64,000 bases of DNA from Candidatus Enterousia sp. (GTDB taxonomy: Bacteria; Pseudomonadota; Alphaproteobacteria; Rs-D84). Position 1 is the first letter of the stretch; each line of letters begins with the position of its first letter. Both the position numbers and the translations under genes were made by a program. Positions 11,401-19,533 of the stretch are shown one piece after another. Location: positions 50,422-114,421 of the forward strand of contig JAZQTD010000030.1 of the NCBI GenBank assembly GCA_045630455.1, written 5' to 3'. The notes beneath the pieces were generated by a model that was given only the letters and a program-made list of their open reading frames with translations, had not been told where the DNA came from and made no database searches.

Positions 11401-13799
11401 TTACAAATGATGTTACAATTAATGGCAATATGACGATTGGCGAAATATCTGTGGCAACAGTTAATATTGATGCGGATGCATTTTACAATACCAGTGATGA
11501 TGAGGATAATTTATATACGTTCCGTAATAATGCTGCATTCAAGTTAGATGCAAGGGATGTGGCGACATTTGATAATGTTATCAATTCTGGGGCGTTGGTA
11601 ATTGATGCCGCAAAGGGGATTACGATGGCTGCTGTGCAAAATAGCGGTACGTTAAGTTTGGATTCTGGGGCTGATATTATTGATATGGCCAGTTTGGAAA
11701 TTAATGGTGGCAGAATCACGGTCAGTGGGGCGGGGTGGAATATAGATTCTGCGCTTTATACTACGGGGATGCTGTATCAGAATTATGCGGGAACTTTGTC
11801 AGATAACGATATCAATGTTAGTGCAAATGATTATTCTATAACTGCATCAAGTGTAACAGTTGCTGGAATCAGTCAAGCTGCTGGGACAACAATGAATATT
11901 TTAAGCAGTGATGTCACGGTCAATGGTGATATAAATACCACAGATTTAACGATTGCGGCAAACCCAGATACAGATTGGCTGGATTTATCTGTCGGTGGCA
12001 GTATATTGGGCAACACCAAGATTTATAACTTGGAACAGATGACAGTTGGGGGCAATTATGTCTTTGATTCAAATAGCCAACTGTTGGCGGCAATATTGCC
12101 ATATAATGTGACACCTGGGATTAATTCAACCACACGCAATTATTGGTCTACGGTCAGCACTAACGAAGATGATACATTGGGGCAGATTACAAATGCTGAT
12201 GATGGTGCGGCGTTGATTCAGGTTGTCGGTAAGTTTACATCTGGGACCCAGTATGATTCAAGTTTAACGTTAAATTCGACTTTGGCAGATGGTCAAATTG
12301 GGTTGCGTTTCCAAGATGTGTCTAATATTTCTGCGGAAACTGCGATTTGGTTGTTGCAGGCAGAGCAGGGATTGTCAGAATTTAGCAATCTAGAAAAAAT
12401 CCGTAATTTAAATGTGTTGTTCTGTAATGCGGGCAATACAACGTGTGTATTGTTAAACGAAGATAATTTGGGGGCGTATATTTCAGTTCGTGACACTGAT
12501 GCCAGTGGTTCGGCAGACAGTTTATATGTCGTATTTGACCCGCGATTTGGCGGACCGGTCTTAATCGAAGACAATCGGATTCAGCCGATTGTCGCGCGTC
12601 AGCCAGAATACACAGATGGTGAATATGTCGCTGCTGGTGCATTGGATAATTTAATCTCGGGACAGTTATTAAATACTGGATTCTTTAATAAAAGCCCGAT
12701 TGAGATTATTCCTGCGATTTTTGATGGTACGAATGTCGAAACTTTGATGACAGAATTGTACAATCGTATGGAATACCATGTTGAAACGTCTGATGGGTCT
12801 GTGTTCCTTCCTTTCAGTCGTTTGGTTCAGCCACGTGAAATCGAACAAATTGCGGGTGCGATTGCATTGAATGAACATACAGCGGCACGCAATTTCGAAG
12901 ATAGAATGATTGACGAATTTATATGGAACCGTAACCGTAACTTGAAAAAGGTTTGGGCGGATTTTGATTTTGGTATGTTCAGTCAGAATGTCTCAGATGA
13001 TAAACGTGTTTATGGTAATCGTTTTGAATTGTCGGGCGGATTTGATTGGCAGGAATCAGATACATTGATTGTTGGTTTGACGGGGCGTGTATCTCATATG
13101 TCGTCTGATAATTCGGATGCAATGGATTTGGGCTATATCCCGGGGCAGAGTATTGCGGGCAATGTATCTGTTGATGTTGCAGATACTAATATTGGCTTGG
13201 GTGCGTATTTGATGAAAGCACTGGGGCAAAAGTTCCGTGCATATGGAAATGTATTTGTCGACCTGCATTTGATTGATACGACACGTCATCAGACGTTTAT
13301 GGATGTGATTGAAGGTTCTGGTACTGCGTTGGCTTTAACGACAGAGTGGGGGTTGATGCACGATTGGTTGAACCAGTATGTTGTTGGTAATCTGTATGCA
13401 CGCGCGGGGTATAATTTTGGTTTCAGTGTGACCGAAGAAGCGGCGGGTGAAAACTATATGGACTTGGAATCTGATGGTTACTTTATGTTGACACCGGGGT
13501 ATTCGCTGACGGCGCAAAAGCGTATTTATCCATCTGCGTGGTTCCAGGTTCGCCCATATGCGACAATTGGTATTGAATATGATGTTTTGGGTGTGCCAGA
13601 TTTTGCAAAGTATAAATTTGCATCTGCAAATGCGTTTAGTGAGTATGATATTGCGATTGATCCATTGTGGGCGAATATTGGCGGTGGTTTTGAGTTCTTG
13701 TCTGCAAATGGTTTGCAGTTTGGTATTGATTATCGTTATCAGTATAATAATGATATGCAATTACATAATATCAAGGTTTCCGGTTCATATCGGTTCTAA
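8499..13799 (+). CDS. giant autotransporter-type outer-membrane protein (repetitive beta-helical passenger plus C-terminal beta-barrel)
   Basis: 1766 aa. Signal peptide MLKKLLAFVCGIVPAGAFA. G/T/N/V-rich degenerate repeats typical of passenger beta-helices. The C-terminal roughly 280 aa have alternating beta-strand patterns and end in ...SGSYRF (terminal aromatic). Confidence 0.85.
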   Translation: MLKKLLAFVCGIVPAGAFAATENIPVTDVKDLAGYNAIESSTAGIVMDDSVSVATNQIVAVQDNGIAALTVKDTLDVAGDMRVFDTALAQSGGGTLFIDNKVSNTFSLQMGGDLTIGGGLTVGATDNAARTFNITNYYGDTFNVLIDGSVDVFGTLTVTGVNDFESGAIDVDGVIDVVAANDITVDAVTVASGSATFKAMDTLTIVGALQNNGVAGTDVVLSGAEISVADIQNNASGKMDVTVSGNLTATGVVENKGQSLTIDATGAAVVIDGTMTNETGNMIVKADSLTVGGGDANNASFVNKADLSLTVSGAASFANGINLDMSEEHWGDFFYMKVGSLDFGDGDTTAFFANNLNDYDVIVDSAFSTSDISNGSQNVNANMYLAAAGLTVEDVTNNAGTMKLVASNSTNLTANSVTDSATAKTDLFSDGGTVSVTNDVIASGTMTLSGQQVLVGGVVGKGGSLVVTGSAGESGLVTVNKDITNANGNVKLSGRQIKVLGNITNNSGTVTVGGSDLQESAIHLGGVNVVNGVVNLNGLLGVDIAQKTVEDNTFGTGTLNVSGGVLNIGSATHALTINGPTGNSGFVVDIAGNVIATGVQGVAGTGDVYVAAYGNQGFLLDAKGAVNIDGSILANASDAVARTLNFATNSLQVGGNVTATGSNNRIVFQGLLNPDDDVIPVGKVMVDGVLSASNSGAVEIHSTDISVGKLTESSGAIYVYGNDTAQMAVSGGGVSISSGIAYGASGATNKGLIIANTPVFSLVSQTPNADITTDIDISGGIELGNAGRLNLQSVRDIQIAGLITSGGYLDIDAGGDANILNNVTVDSQMDVTAKNIDMADLNNNGTVNLTANGDINIGILENTENAVGLDIDVYGDIYVTSIESVAGDVDIIANTLDVDNGLDITGGTFSLEVSKAEFGGDVNVSGVLNQGVNETGMLNLTGNDFTFNAVNLTTGGFVADSNTVTYNITNDVTINGNMTIGEISVATVNIDADAFYNTSDDEDNLYTFRNNAAFKLDARDVATFDNVINSGALVIDAAKGITMAAVQNSGTLSLDSGADIIDMASLEINGGRITVSGAGWNIDSALYTTGMLYQNYAGTLSDNDINVSANDYSITASSVTVAGISQAAGTTMNILSSDVTVNGDINTTDLTIAANPDTDWLDLSVGGSILGNTKIYNLEQMTVGGNYVFDSNSQLLAAILPYNVTPGINSTTRNYWSTVSTNEDDTLGQITNADDGAALIQVVGKFTSGTQYDSSLTLNSTLADGQIGLRFQDVSNISAETAIWLLQAEQGLSEFSNLEKIRNLNVLFCNAGNTTCVLLNEDNLGAYISVRDTDASGSADSLYVVFDPRFGGPVLIEDNRIQPIVARQPEYTDGEYVAAGALDNLISGQLLNTGFFNKSPIEIIPAIFDGTNVETLMTELYNRMEYHVETSDGSVFLPFSRLVQPREIEQIAGAIALNEHTAARNFEDRMIDEFIWNRNRNLKKVWADFDFGMFSQNVSDDKRVYGNRFELSGGFDWQESDTLIVGLTGRVSHMSSDNSDAMDLGYIPGQSIAGNVSVDVADTNIGLGAYLMKALGQKFRAYGNVFVDLHLIDTTRHQTFMDVIEGSGTALALTTEWGLMHDWLNQYVVGNLYARAGYNFGFSVTEEAAGENYMDLESDGYFMLTPGYSLTAQKRIYPSAWFQVRPYATIGIEYDVLGVPDFAKYKFASANAFSEYDIAIDPLWANIGGGFEFLSANGLQFGIDYRYQYNNDMQLHNIKVSGSYRF

Positions 13800-13804
13800 A
13801 TAAG

Positions 13805-13832
13805 AATCCCGCAATTGCGGGATTTACTTTTT
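13805..13832 (+). terminator. intrinsic terminator
   Basis: AATCCCGCAATTGCGGGATTTACTTTTT immediately after the autotransporter stop codon. Confidence 0.7.
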
Positions 13833-13879
13833 ATGTTGTTTATGATATAATTATCTTTATTAATATCAAGAGGTTATGT

Positions 13880-14473
13880 ATGAGTGTAAAAAAAGATTTT
13901 GATAAATATGATGTTTTGGCTGATGTTGTGCGCGCTTTGCGTGATGATACCCAAGAGGTTTTAGTTGAAACAATTAATGCAAGATCTGTCGGGCATCAGT
14001 CATTTGTTATTGAAGACAAACCGATTATCCCAACAAAAAAAGAAAAATTTTTTTCTGGGATTGCATCGATTAATCGTATGCACGCAGAAAGTATAAAAAT
14101 TGGCAAAGATATTTCGATTAAACGTATTCGTCGTGAACCGACAAGGGTAAAGACAGATAAAAATGATTATTTTATAGATAATGGTTGGTATTATCAAGTT
14201 CGTACCAAAGACGGTGAAGCCCAATTTGATGGAAACGATAGTGACTTTCTGATGGCTTGGGGGATTGCATTGCAAAAGTATGATGGTACATATTCATACG
14301 GCAGACATCAGTTTACTAATAAAAAAGTCAGGGATGTTTATATGGGGCCAGGCAAATTGAAAAGTCACGATGCGCGTACAAACGCAGAGAAGGCAACTGA
14401 TCAATTGACAGGGCTGGGAATAGAACCAAATCATCTGGCTCACTATATTGCTCAAAGAAAGCAAAACGCTTAA
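13880..14473 (+). CDS. hypothetical protein
   Basis: 197-aa ORF with an AGAGG RBS-like sequence upstream. No recognisable motif. Confidence 0.5.
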   Translation: MSVKKDFDKYDVLADVVRALRDDTQEVLVETINARSVGHQSFVIEDKPIIPTKKEKFFSGIASINRMHAESIKIGKDISIKRIRREPTRVKTDKNDYFIDNGWYYQVRTKDGEAQFDGNDSDFLMAWGIALQKYDGTYSYGRHQFTNKKVRDVYMGPGKLKSHDARTNAEKATDQLTGLGIEPNHLAHYIAQRKQNA

Positions 14474-14629
14474 AAAGAACCGCCATTTGGCGGAAAGCTT
14501 GTTGAAGCAACTGTGTGTGAGGGTCTTCGTAGTTCTTTTAAATGTAAAGTGTATGCTGGCGACTATTATAATACATAAGGCTTTGAAACTTGGAACTAAG
14601 AAAGAAAAAGATGTCGTATGTATTAAACA

Positions 14630-14657
14630 AAAAATCCCCCAAACGGGGGATTTTTTT
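14630..14657. terminator. bidirectional intrinsic terminator
   Basis: AAAAATCCCCCAAACGGGGGATTTTTTT just downstream of ssb (minus strand). Confidence 0.7.
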
Positions 14658-14668
14658 GTTGTATGCCT

Positions 14669-15121
14669 TTAGAATGGGATATCATCGCCGATATCGGCAA
14701 CAGAAATCTCTTCGCGTGGGGCAGATGGTGCCGTTGGTGCACCCCCGAAATCACTATCACCCATTGTTTTGGCACCAGACAAGATTACCATTTGACCTGC
14801 GAATGGGTTTAATACAACTTCGGTTGTGAAAACATCAACACCTTGCTGGTTTTGCCATTTGCGTGTTTTTAATGAGCCTTCCAGATATAATTTTGTGCCT
14901 TTTTGTAACATACGTTCGGCAACTTCTACCAAATTTGGATTAAAGATTACAACGCGATGCCATTCGGTTTGTTCTTTTTGTTCGCCACTGTTGCGGTCGC
15001 GCCAACGTTCAGATGTCGCCAGTGAAAAACTAACTACCTTTTGACCGCTGTTCATTGTGCGAACCTGAGGTTCTTGGCCGATGTTACCGACCAAAATGAC
15101 TTTATTAATACTGCCTGCCAT
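14669..15121 (-). CDS. ssb: single-stranded DNA-binding protein
   Basis: Reads MAGSINKVILVGNIGQEPQVR, ERWRDRNSGE, TEWHRVV, with the acidic tail DDIPF. ATG at 15121 is preceded by AAGGAAG. The track start at 15166 adds an unlikely extension. Confidence 0.93.
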   Translation of the reverse strand: MAGSINKVILVGNIGQEPQVRTMNSGQKVVSFSLATSERWRDRNSGEQKEQTEWHRVVIFNPNLVEVAERMLQKGTKLYLEGSLKTRKWQNQQGVDVFTTEVVLNPFAGQMVILSGAKTMGDSDFGGAPTAPSAPREEISVADIGDDIPF

Positions 15122-15282
15122 TTTCGCTTCCTTTGTTTTATTATTAATCTGATCTGATTTGACCAAGAATATGGGTAAAAATCAAGAAAAAAAGCAAAAC
15201 TTGACTTTTTTGTCAAATTGTATTATAATAATGTCGTCAATTAAGCACGGTTCTGTGCGAAAACTTCCAAAAGGATATATTT

Positions 15283-16551
15283 ATGCATATTAATGAGTTA
15301 AAGGCGAAGTCGCCTCAGCAACTGCTGAAAATGGCAGAAGATATGGGTATTGAAAATCCAGCGCAATTAAATGTGCAACAACTGCGTTTTGCGGTTATGC
15401 GCGTGTTTGCTGCGGACAAAAAAATTACACTGATTGGTGATGGTGTGCTGGAACGTATGCAGGACGGTTTTGGTTTCTTGCGTGCGCCAGAATCGAACTA
15501 TCTGGCGGGACCAGACGATTTGTATGTGTCGCCAAATTTGATTAAAAAATACGGATTGAAAACCGGTGACTATGTCGAAGGGCAGATTCAGGCGCCGGCC
15601 GCTGAAACAGAACGCTATTTTGCGTTGGAAACGATTGAACGTGTTAATGGTGACAATCCAGAAAAATTGAAGCATCGTGTGTCTTTTGATGATATGACAC
15701 CACTGTACCCAGATGAACAATTGAAGATGGAAGTGCCGTCTGATACAGACAAGGGGCGCAATTTGTCTGCGCGTGTTATCGATTTGATTTCTCCAACAGG
15801 TAAGGGGCAGCGTTCGCTGATTGTTGCGCCGCCACGTACGGGTAAAACGGTTATGTTGCAGAATATTGCACATTCTATTGCAACGAATTATCCAGATGTT
15901 AAATTAATTGTTCTTTTGATTGACGAACGTCCCGAAGAAGTGACTGATATGCAGCGCAGTGTTAAGGGTGAGGTTATATCGTCAACCTTTGATGAACCAG
16001 CGGCACGTCATATTCAGGTTGCAGAAATGGTTATTGAAAAGGCTAAACGTTTGGTTGAGGCAGGACAAGATGTTGTGATTCTGTTGGATTCTATTACACG
16101 TCTGGGGCGTGCGTATAATACCTGTGTTCCATCCAGCGGCAAGGTTTTAACCGGTGGTGTTGATGCGTATGCGTTGCAACGTCCAAAGCGTTTCTTTGGT
16201 GCAGCACGTAATATCGAAGGTGGTGGTTCGCTGACTATTATTGCAACGGCATTGGTTGATACGGGGTCAAAAATGGATGAAGTCATCTTTGAAGAGTTTA
16301 AGGGAACAGGTAACAGTGAAATCATCTTGGATAGAAAACTGTCTGATAAACGTGTTTATCCGGCGATTGATATTACTAAGTCTGGCACACGTAAAGAAGA
16401 TTTGCTGGTTGGTAAAGAACAACTGGCAAAAACATATGTGTTGCGCCGTATTATCAATCCGATGGGAACGTTGGAAGCAATGGAATTCTTGCTGGATAAA
16501 TTGCGTGTGACAAAAACAAATTCGGACTTTTTCAGTTCAATGAATCAGTAA
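15283..16551 (+). CDS. rho: transcription termination factor Rho
   Basis: 422 aa. Reads FGFLR....[13 protein letters not shown], Walker [28 protein letters not shown]. Confidence 0.97.
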   Translation: MHINELKAKSPQQLLKMAEDMGIENPAQLNVQQLRFAVMRVFAADKKITLIGDGVLERMQDGFGFLRAPESNYLAGPDDLYVSPNLIKKYGLKTGDYVEGQIQAPAAETERYFALETIERVNGDNPEKLKHRVSFDDMTPLYPDEQLKMEVPSDTDKGRNLSARVIDLISPTGKGQRSLIVAPPRTGKTVMLQNIAHSIATNYPDVKLIVLLIDERPEEVTDMQRSVKGEVISSTFDEPAARHIQVAEMVIEKAKRLVEAGQDVVILLDSITRLGRAYNTCVPSSGKVLTGGVDAYALQRPKRFFGAARNIEGGGSLTIIATALVDTGSKMDEVIFEEFKGTGNSEIILDRKLSDKRVYPAIDITKSGTRKEDLLVGKEQLAKTYVLRRIINPMGTLEAMEFLLDKLRVTKTNSDFFSSMNQ

Positions 16552-16578
16552 AAAAATCCCCCGCTTGGGGGATTTTTT
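16551..16578 (+). terminator. intrinsic terminator
   Basis: AAAAAATCCCCCGCTTGGGGGATTTTTT immediately after rho. Confidence 0.7.
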
Positions 16579-16595
16579 AGTGGTTGGTGATGACT

Positions 16596-16826
16596 ATGAA
16601 AACTTATTTATTTGTATTCTTGGTGGCGTGTGCCACCTTGTTTTTTGCGTATGGTGCGGGTGTGTGGGTGGGACGCGAAAAATGTAATGCTCAAACAGAA
16701 CGCAATGTCGCCATACAGCAATCTGAAATAATTAAAACAATGGAGACGGTAAATGCAGAAACTTTTAATACTGGGGTGCGTGATATTCGTCGCATCTTGT
16801 ACGAAAAATACACCATTGCTGAATAA
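16596..16826 (+). CDS. small N-terminally membrane-anchored protein (i-spanin-like architecture)
   Basis: About 77 aa. A single N-terminal TM segment (MKTYLFVFLVACATLFFAYGAGVWV) is followed by a charged helical segment. Its 3' end overlaps the next ORF by 74 nt. Confidence 0.45.
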   Translation: MKTYLFVFLVACATLFFAYGAGVWVGREKCNAQTERNVAIQQSEIIKTMETVNAETFNTGVRDIRRILYEKYTIAE

Positions 16827-16959
16827 TGTATGTGTGCCAATTGTATGCACGCCAATTTACGGACGCGAATCGGATTGGCGTGTGATAAGTGATGATATGG
16901 CGCGTAATATTTATCGCCATAATCGTATGTGCAGCGAAATTAATCGTTCGCGACAATAG
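16753..16959 (+). CDS. small lipoprotein (o-spanin-like architecture)
   Basis: 68 aa. Lipobox FVASC. The mature part is short and Cys/Pro-containing. It starts inside the preceding ORF in the +1 frame. Confidence 0.45.
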   Translation: MQKLLILGCVIFVASCTKNTPLLNNVCVPIVCTPIYGRESDWRVISDDMARNIYRHNRMCSEINRSRQ

Positions 16960-17776
16960 ATATTAATTCGCGTACAATTTGTACGGATTTTTCATCGCCG
17001 CTTGGTGCGTATTCTACAAATTCAAAGCTATCGGCATCGCGAAATTCAGATACAAAATACTTGGCTGCTTCTAATGATATTCCATTGGGTTCTGGTACCC
17101 AAACATCGCGGAATATGGTGGGGTCAATCACGTCAAAGTCAAAAGACACAACAAATGGTCGGGTGCCGATTCGTTTGCGAATTTCACGAACGGCAGCCGT
17201 CCAATCCGATTCGTTTCTTAATTCTGATGCAGGGCGAATGAATATGTTTTGTGTGCGGGCAAATTCTATCTCAGCGGGTTCAAATGCGCGTGTGCCGATA
17301 TAGAATAAGTTTTCTGGTTTTAAAGACGGTTTCTTGTTTGTTAGCCCCAGCCAGCGTTCATCGCCATCCCCCAATAATGCACGTACATTTGTGCCGTGGG
17401 GCGCACCAGATGCCTGAGATTTTGATGATTCTGGGGTATGAATGTCCAAGTGTGCATCAAGATAGACCAGACATAAATCAGATTCAGGTGTATGGTCTGC
17501 AACAGCCGCAAAATGTCCAAAGTTTACAGAATGATCACCACCAATCATAATATGCTGTTCGCGTGGTGTGGTCGCGTAGGTTTTTTTATGGACACCAAAA
17601 GCATCGCCAAAACGGTCTTGGGCGGCGACTTCTGGGGCAATATTGTCAGCGGTCACAATTTCCCAGTTGTGATTTGGAAACATTTTTTGAATTGTGTGTG
17701 GGGCTAATGCAGGGCCTGTATTTCTGATTGTGGCGGTTGCGCCACGAGCATACTTGATACCGATAAACTTAGTCAT
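16940..17776 (-). CDS. arginase/agmatinase/formimidoylglutamase (ureohydrolase) family protein
   Basis: Carries the Mn-binding signatures GGDHSV, YLDAHLDIHT and SFDFDVIDP. ATG at 17776 overlaps the stop of the upstream ORF (AATGACTAA). The track start at 17875 lies inside that ORF. Confidence 0.8.
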   Translation of the reverse strand: MTKFIGIKYARGATATIRNTGPALAPHTIQKMFPNHNWEIVTADNIAPEVAAQDRFGDAFGVHKKTYATTPREQHIMIGGDHSVNFGHFAAVADHTPESDLCLVYLDAHLDIHTPESSKSQASGAPHGTNVRALLGDGDERWLGLTNKKPSLKPENLFYIGTRAFEPAEIEFARTQNIFIRPASELRNESDWTAAVREIRKRIGTRPFVVSFDFDVIDPTIFRDVWVPEPNGISLEAAKYFVSEFRDADSFEFVEYAPSGDEKSVQIVRELISIVAND

Positions 17777-18731
17777 TATAATACTCCAATATACTTTCTG
17801 CGCCAGTTTTGATTCGTTGAAGATATTGCTCGTATACGGTGCAATCACGTGAAATTTCAGAACGATATGCATCACGTAAATTTGATGCCATATAATAGCA
17901 ATTATTTAAATGCTGGACACAGTATTCGTGTCCCATCGCGAATGCGTTTTGACCGCGTACTGTGCTTTCCAGCCCAGCCCAGTCAATGTCCAGCGCATTG
18001 TCTAGATTTGTCCAAGAGTTGTCAGTGTCCGTATAGACACCAACGGTTTCCATCCAGTATTCGTTCATTTCGTCGTCAGACCATTTATTTGTTCCCTTAA
18101 TAGTCAGTATTTTTGTGATTAATCCTTGAATTTCTGGTTGGTATTTTGAATCAATCTGGGACAGTTTTGCGCTGCAATAACAGCGATTGTATTCTGTATC
18201 TGGGCGTTCGCAATATCTGTTCATACACTCGGTATAATCTGCCATACAGCGCGCGGTTGATACGGTTTCTTTGACGGATGTGGTTGTTATATTTGATGCG
18301 GTGCGATTGTTTGCAGTAACTGGACTTGTGCGTCGATTACCGCGTGCGACCACGTTATTTGTGTTGCGATTCGTTGCGCTGCGCGCGACAACACGGCGAT
18401 TCGATTGATTTGCAACAGATGAGGTTGTTGTGGCAGCGCGTGCGATTGCGCCACTGTTCCTGCGTGGCACAACGCGACGCGAGGATGTAGAATTGTCCAG
18501 TTGTTTGGTTTTTACGACCACGTCCATTGGATTTGTAGACTGAGAAATTGTAACCCCAGGGTTTAAATCTGTGCGCATTTGATTGTTCATATATGGATAC
18601 ATGTAATTATATGTGTCGCGCTTGATATACTGGGATGTGGCGCGTGGCGTGGTTGTGACAGCCACCGCCCAGGCGGTATTTGATATCGCCAATGCAAGTG
18701 ATAGGACTAAAAAATATGTAATATTCCTCAT
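17769..18731 (-). CDS. secreted hypothetical protein (R/N/T-rich repeat region plus Cys-rich C-terminal domain)
   Basis: 320 aa. Signal peptide MRNITYFLVLSLALAISNTAWA. Degenerate RRVV(A/P)R repeats. C-terminal domain contains CMADYTECMNRYCERPDTEYNRCYC. Confidence 0.6.
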   Translation of the reverse strand: MRNITYFLVLSLALAISNTAWAVAVTTTPRATSQYIKRDTYNYMYPYMNNQMRTDLNPGVTISQSTNPMDVVVKTKQLDNSTSSRRVVPRRNSGAIARAATTTSSVANQSNRRVVARSATNRNTNNVVARGNRRTSPVTANNRTASNITTTSVKETVSTARCMADYTECMNRYCERPDTEYNRCYCSAKLSQIDSKYQPEIQGLITKILTIKGTNKWSDDEMNEYWMETVGVYTDTDNSWTNLDNALDIDWAGLESTVRGQNAFAMGHEYCVQHLNNCYYMASNLRDAYRSEISRDCTVYEQYLQRIKTGAESILEYYND

Positions 18732-18790
18732 ATGCGTATATCATAGAAAGTTTCGCAAAATCAAACAAGCATAAAAATATACAGAAATAT

Positions 18791-18818
18791 TTGCATTTTC
18801 AAAAAATGCTGTTATAAT
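18791..18818 (+). promoter_or_regulatory. sigma70-type promoter for tRNA-Pro
   Basis: TTGCAT, 16-nt spacer, TATAAT, ending about 12 nt before the tRNA 5' end. Confidence 0.5.
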
Positions 18819-18829
18819 GTGACTCGTTT

Positions 18830-18906
18830 CGGGGTGTAGCTCAGTCTGGTAGAGTGCTTGGTTTGGGACCAAGATGTCGAAGGTTCGAATCCTTTCGCCC
18901 CGACCA
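18830..18906 (+). tRNA. tRNA-Pro (anticodon UGG)
   Basis: CGGGGTG acceptor stem pairing with CGCCCCG, D-arm GCTCAGTCTGGTAGAGT, anticodon loop TTTGGGA, T-arm GAAGGTTCGAATCCTTT, encoded CCA. Confidence 0.93.
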
Positions 18907-19037
18907 CGAAATTCAAACCCGCCACTAAGGGCGGTTTTTCTTTTGATTTCTAATACTTACGCCGAGTTCGAGAGTCGTGTTTTTGAAAAGTGCTATTTTT
19001 TGCATTTTCGAACTTTTTATGATACAATACAAGAACA

Positions 19038-19337
19038 ATGACCATTAAAAGTATTCTTCGTTTACTGTTAATTATACTGACAATTTTAATTGCTACAGTT
19101 GTTGTTGATATTCTGTTATTAAAATTGTTATGGGTTGTTATAGATGGAACATTTTTTATGTTGCTGTGGTATCCATTGTTGTTATTAGCGCCCATGTTTG
19201 TGCAATCTTTCATTATGATGAAAATTTTTAAACTAAATAACAAAAAAACTGTCGTGGCTATAACTTTTATTGCAACAATTATCATTCAATTTGTTATGTA
19301 CCGTTTTTTTCTGCTACACCTACTTGCTATTGTATAG
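19038..19337 (+). CDS. small hydrophobic membrane protein (hypothetical)
   Basis: 99 aa with 3 predicted TM segments, in an AT-rich tract downstream of tRNA-Pro. Weak evidence. The antisense ORF 18950-19285 is the alternative reading. Confidence 0.3.
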   Translation: MTIKSILRLLLIILTILIATVVVDILLLKLLWVVIDGTFFMLLWYPLLLLAPMFVQSFIMMKIFKLNNKKTVVAITFIATIIIQFVMYRFFLLHLLAIV

Positions 19338-19533
19338 AATAAAATATTTTTCACATTTTCTATCTCTCGCCCTATTTTAATAATATCGGTTCGAGAATTG
19401 TTCATCAAGCCCGACCAGAGATAGATAAAAAAGTCGCAGTTTGTGCGACTTTTTTGTTGAAATTTGTGTGCTGTGGTTGAATATCGAAAAATATAAGGTA
19501 TAATTAGCTGGTTAAGCAAATGGGGTAAGTATT

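Noticed and set aside
8511-13760. Numerous 60-140-aa antisense or off-frame ORFs inside the autotransporter, PFOR, tkt, leuS and other long genes.
   Set aside because: They are shadow ORFs within clearly homologous long coding regions, with biased low-complexity composition and no independent signals.
16596-16959. Taking the spanin-like pair as evidence for a prophage at 16.5-17 kb.
   Set aside because: No holin, endolysin, integrase, structural genes or att repeats lie nearby. The flanking genes are rho and a ureohydrolase. I report it only as an architectural resemblance.
18950-19285. 111-aa minus-strand ORF downstream of tRNA-Pro.
   Set aside because: It is an AT-rich low-complexity translation (N/I/K-rich) that overlaps the more protein-like hydrophobic + strand ORF 19038-19337. 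Neither ORF is strongly supported.
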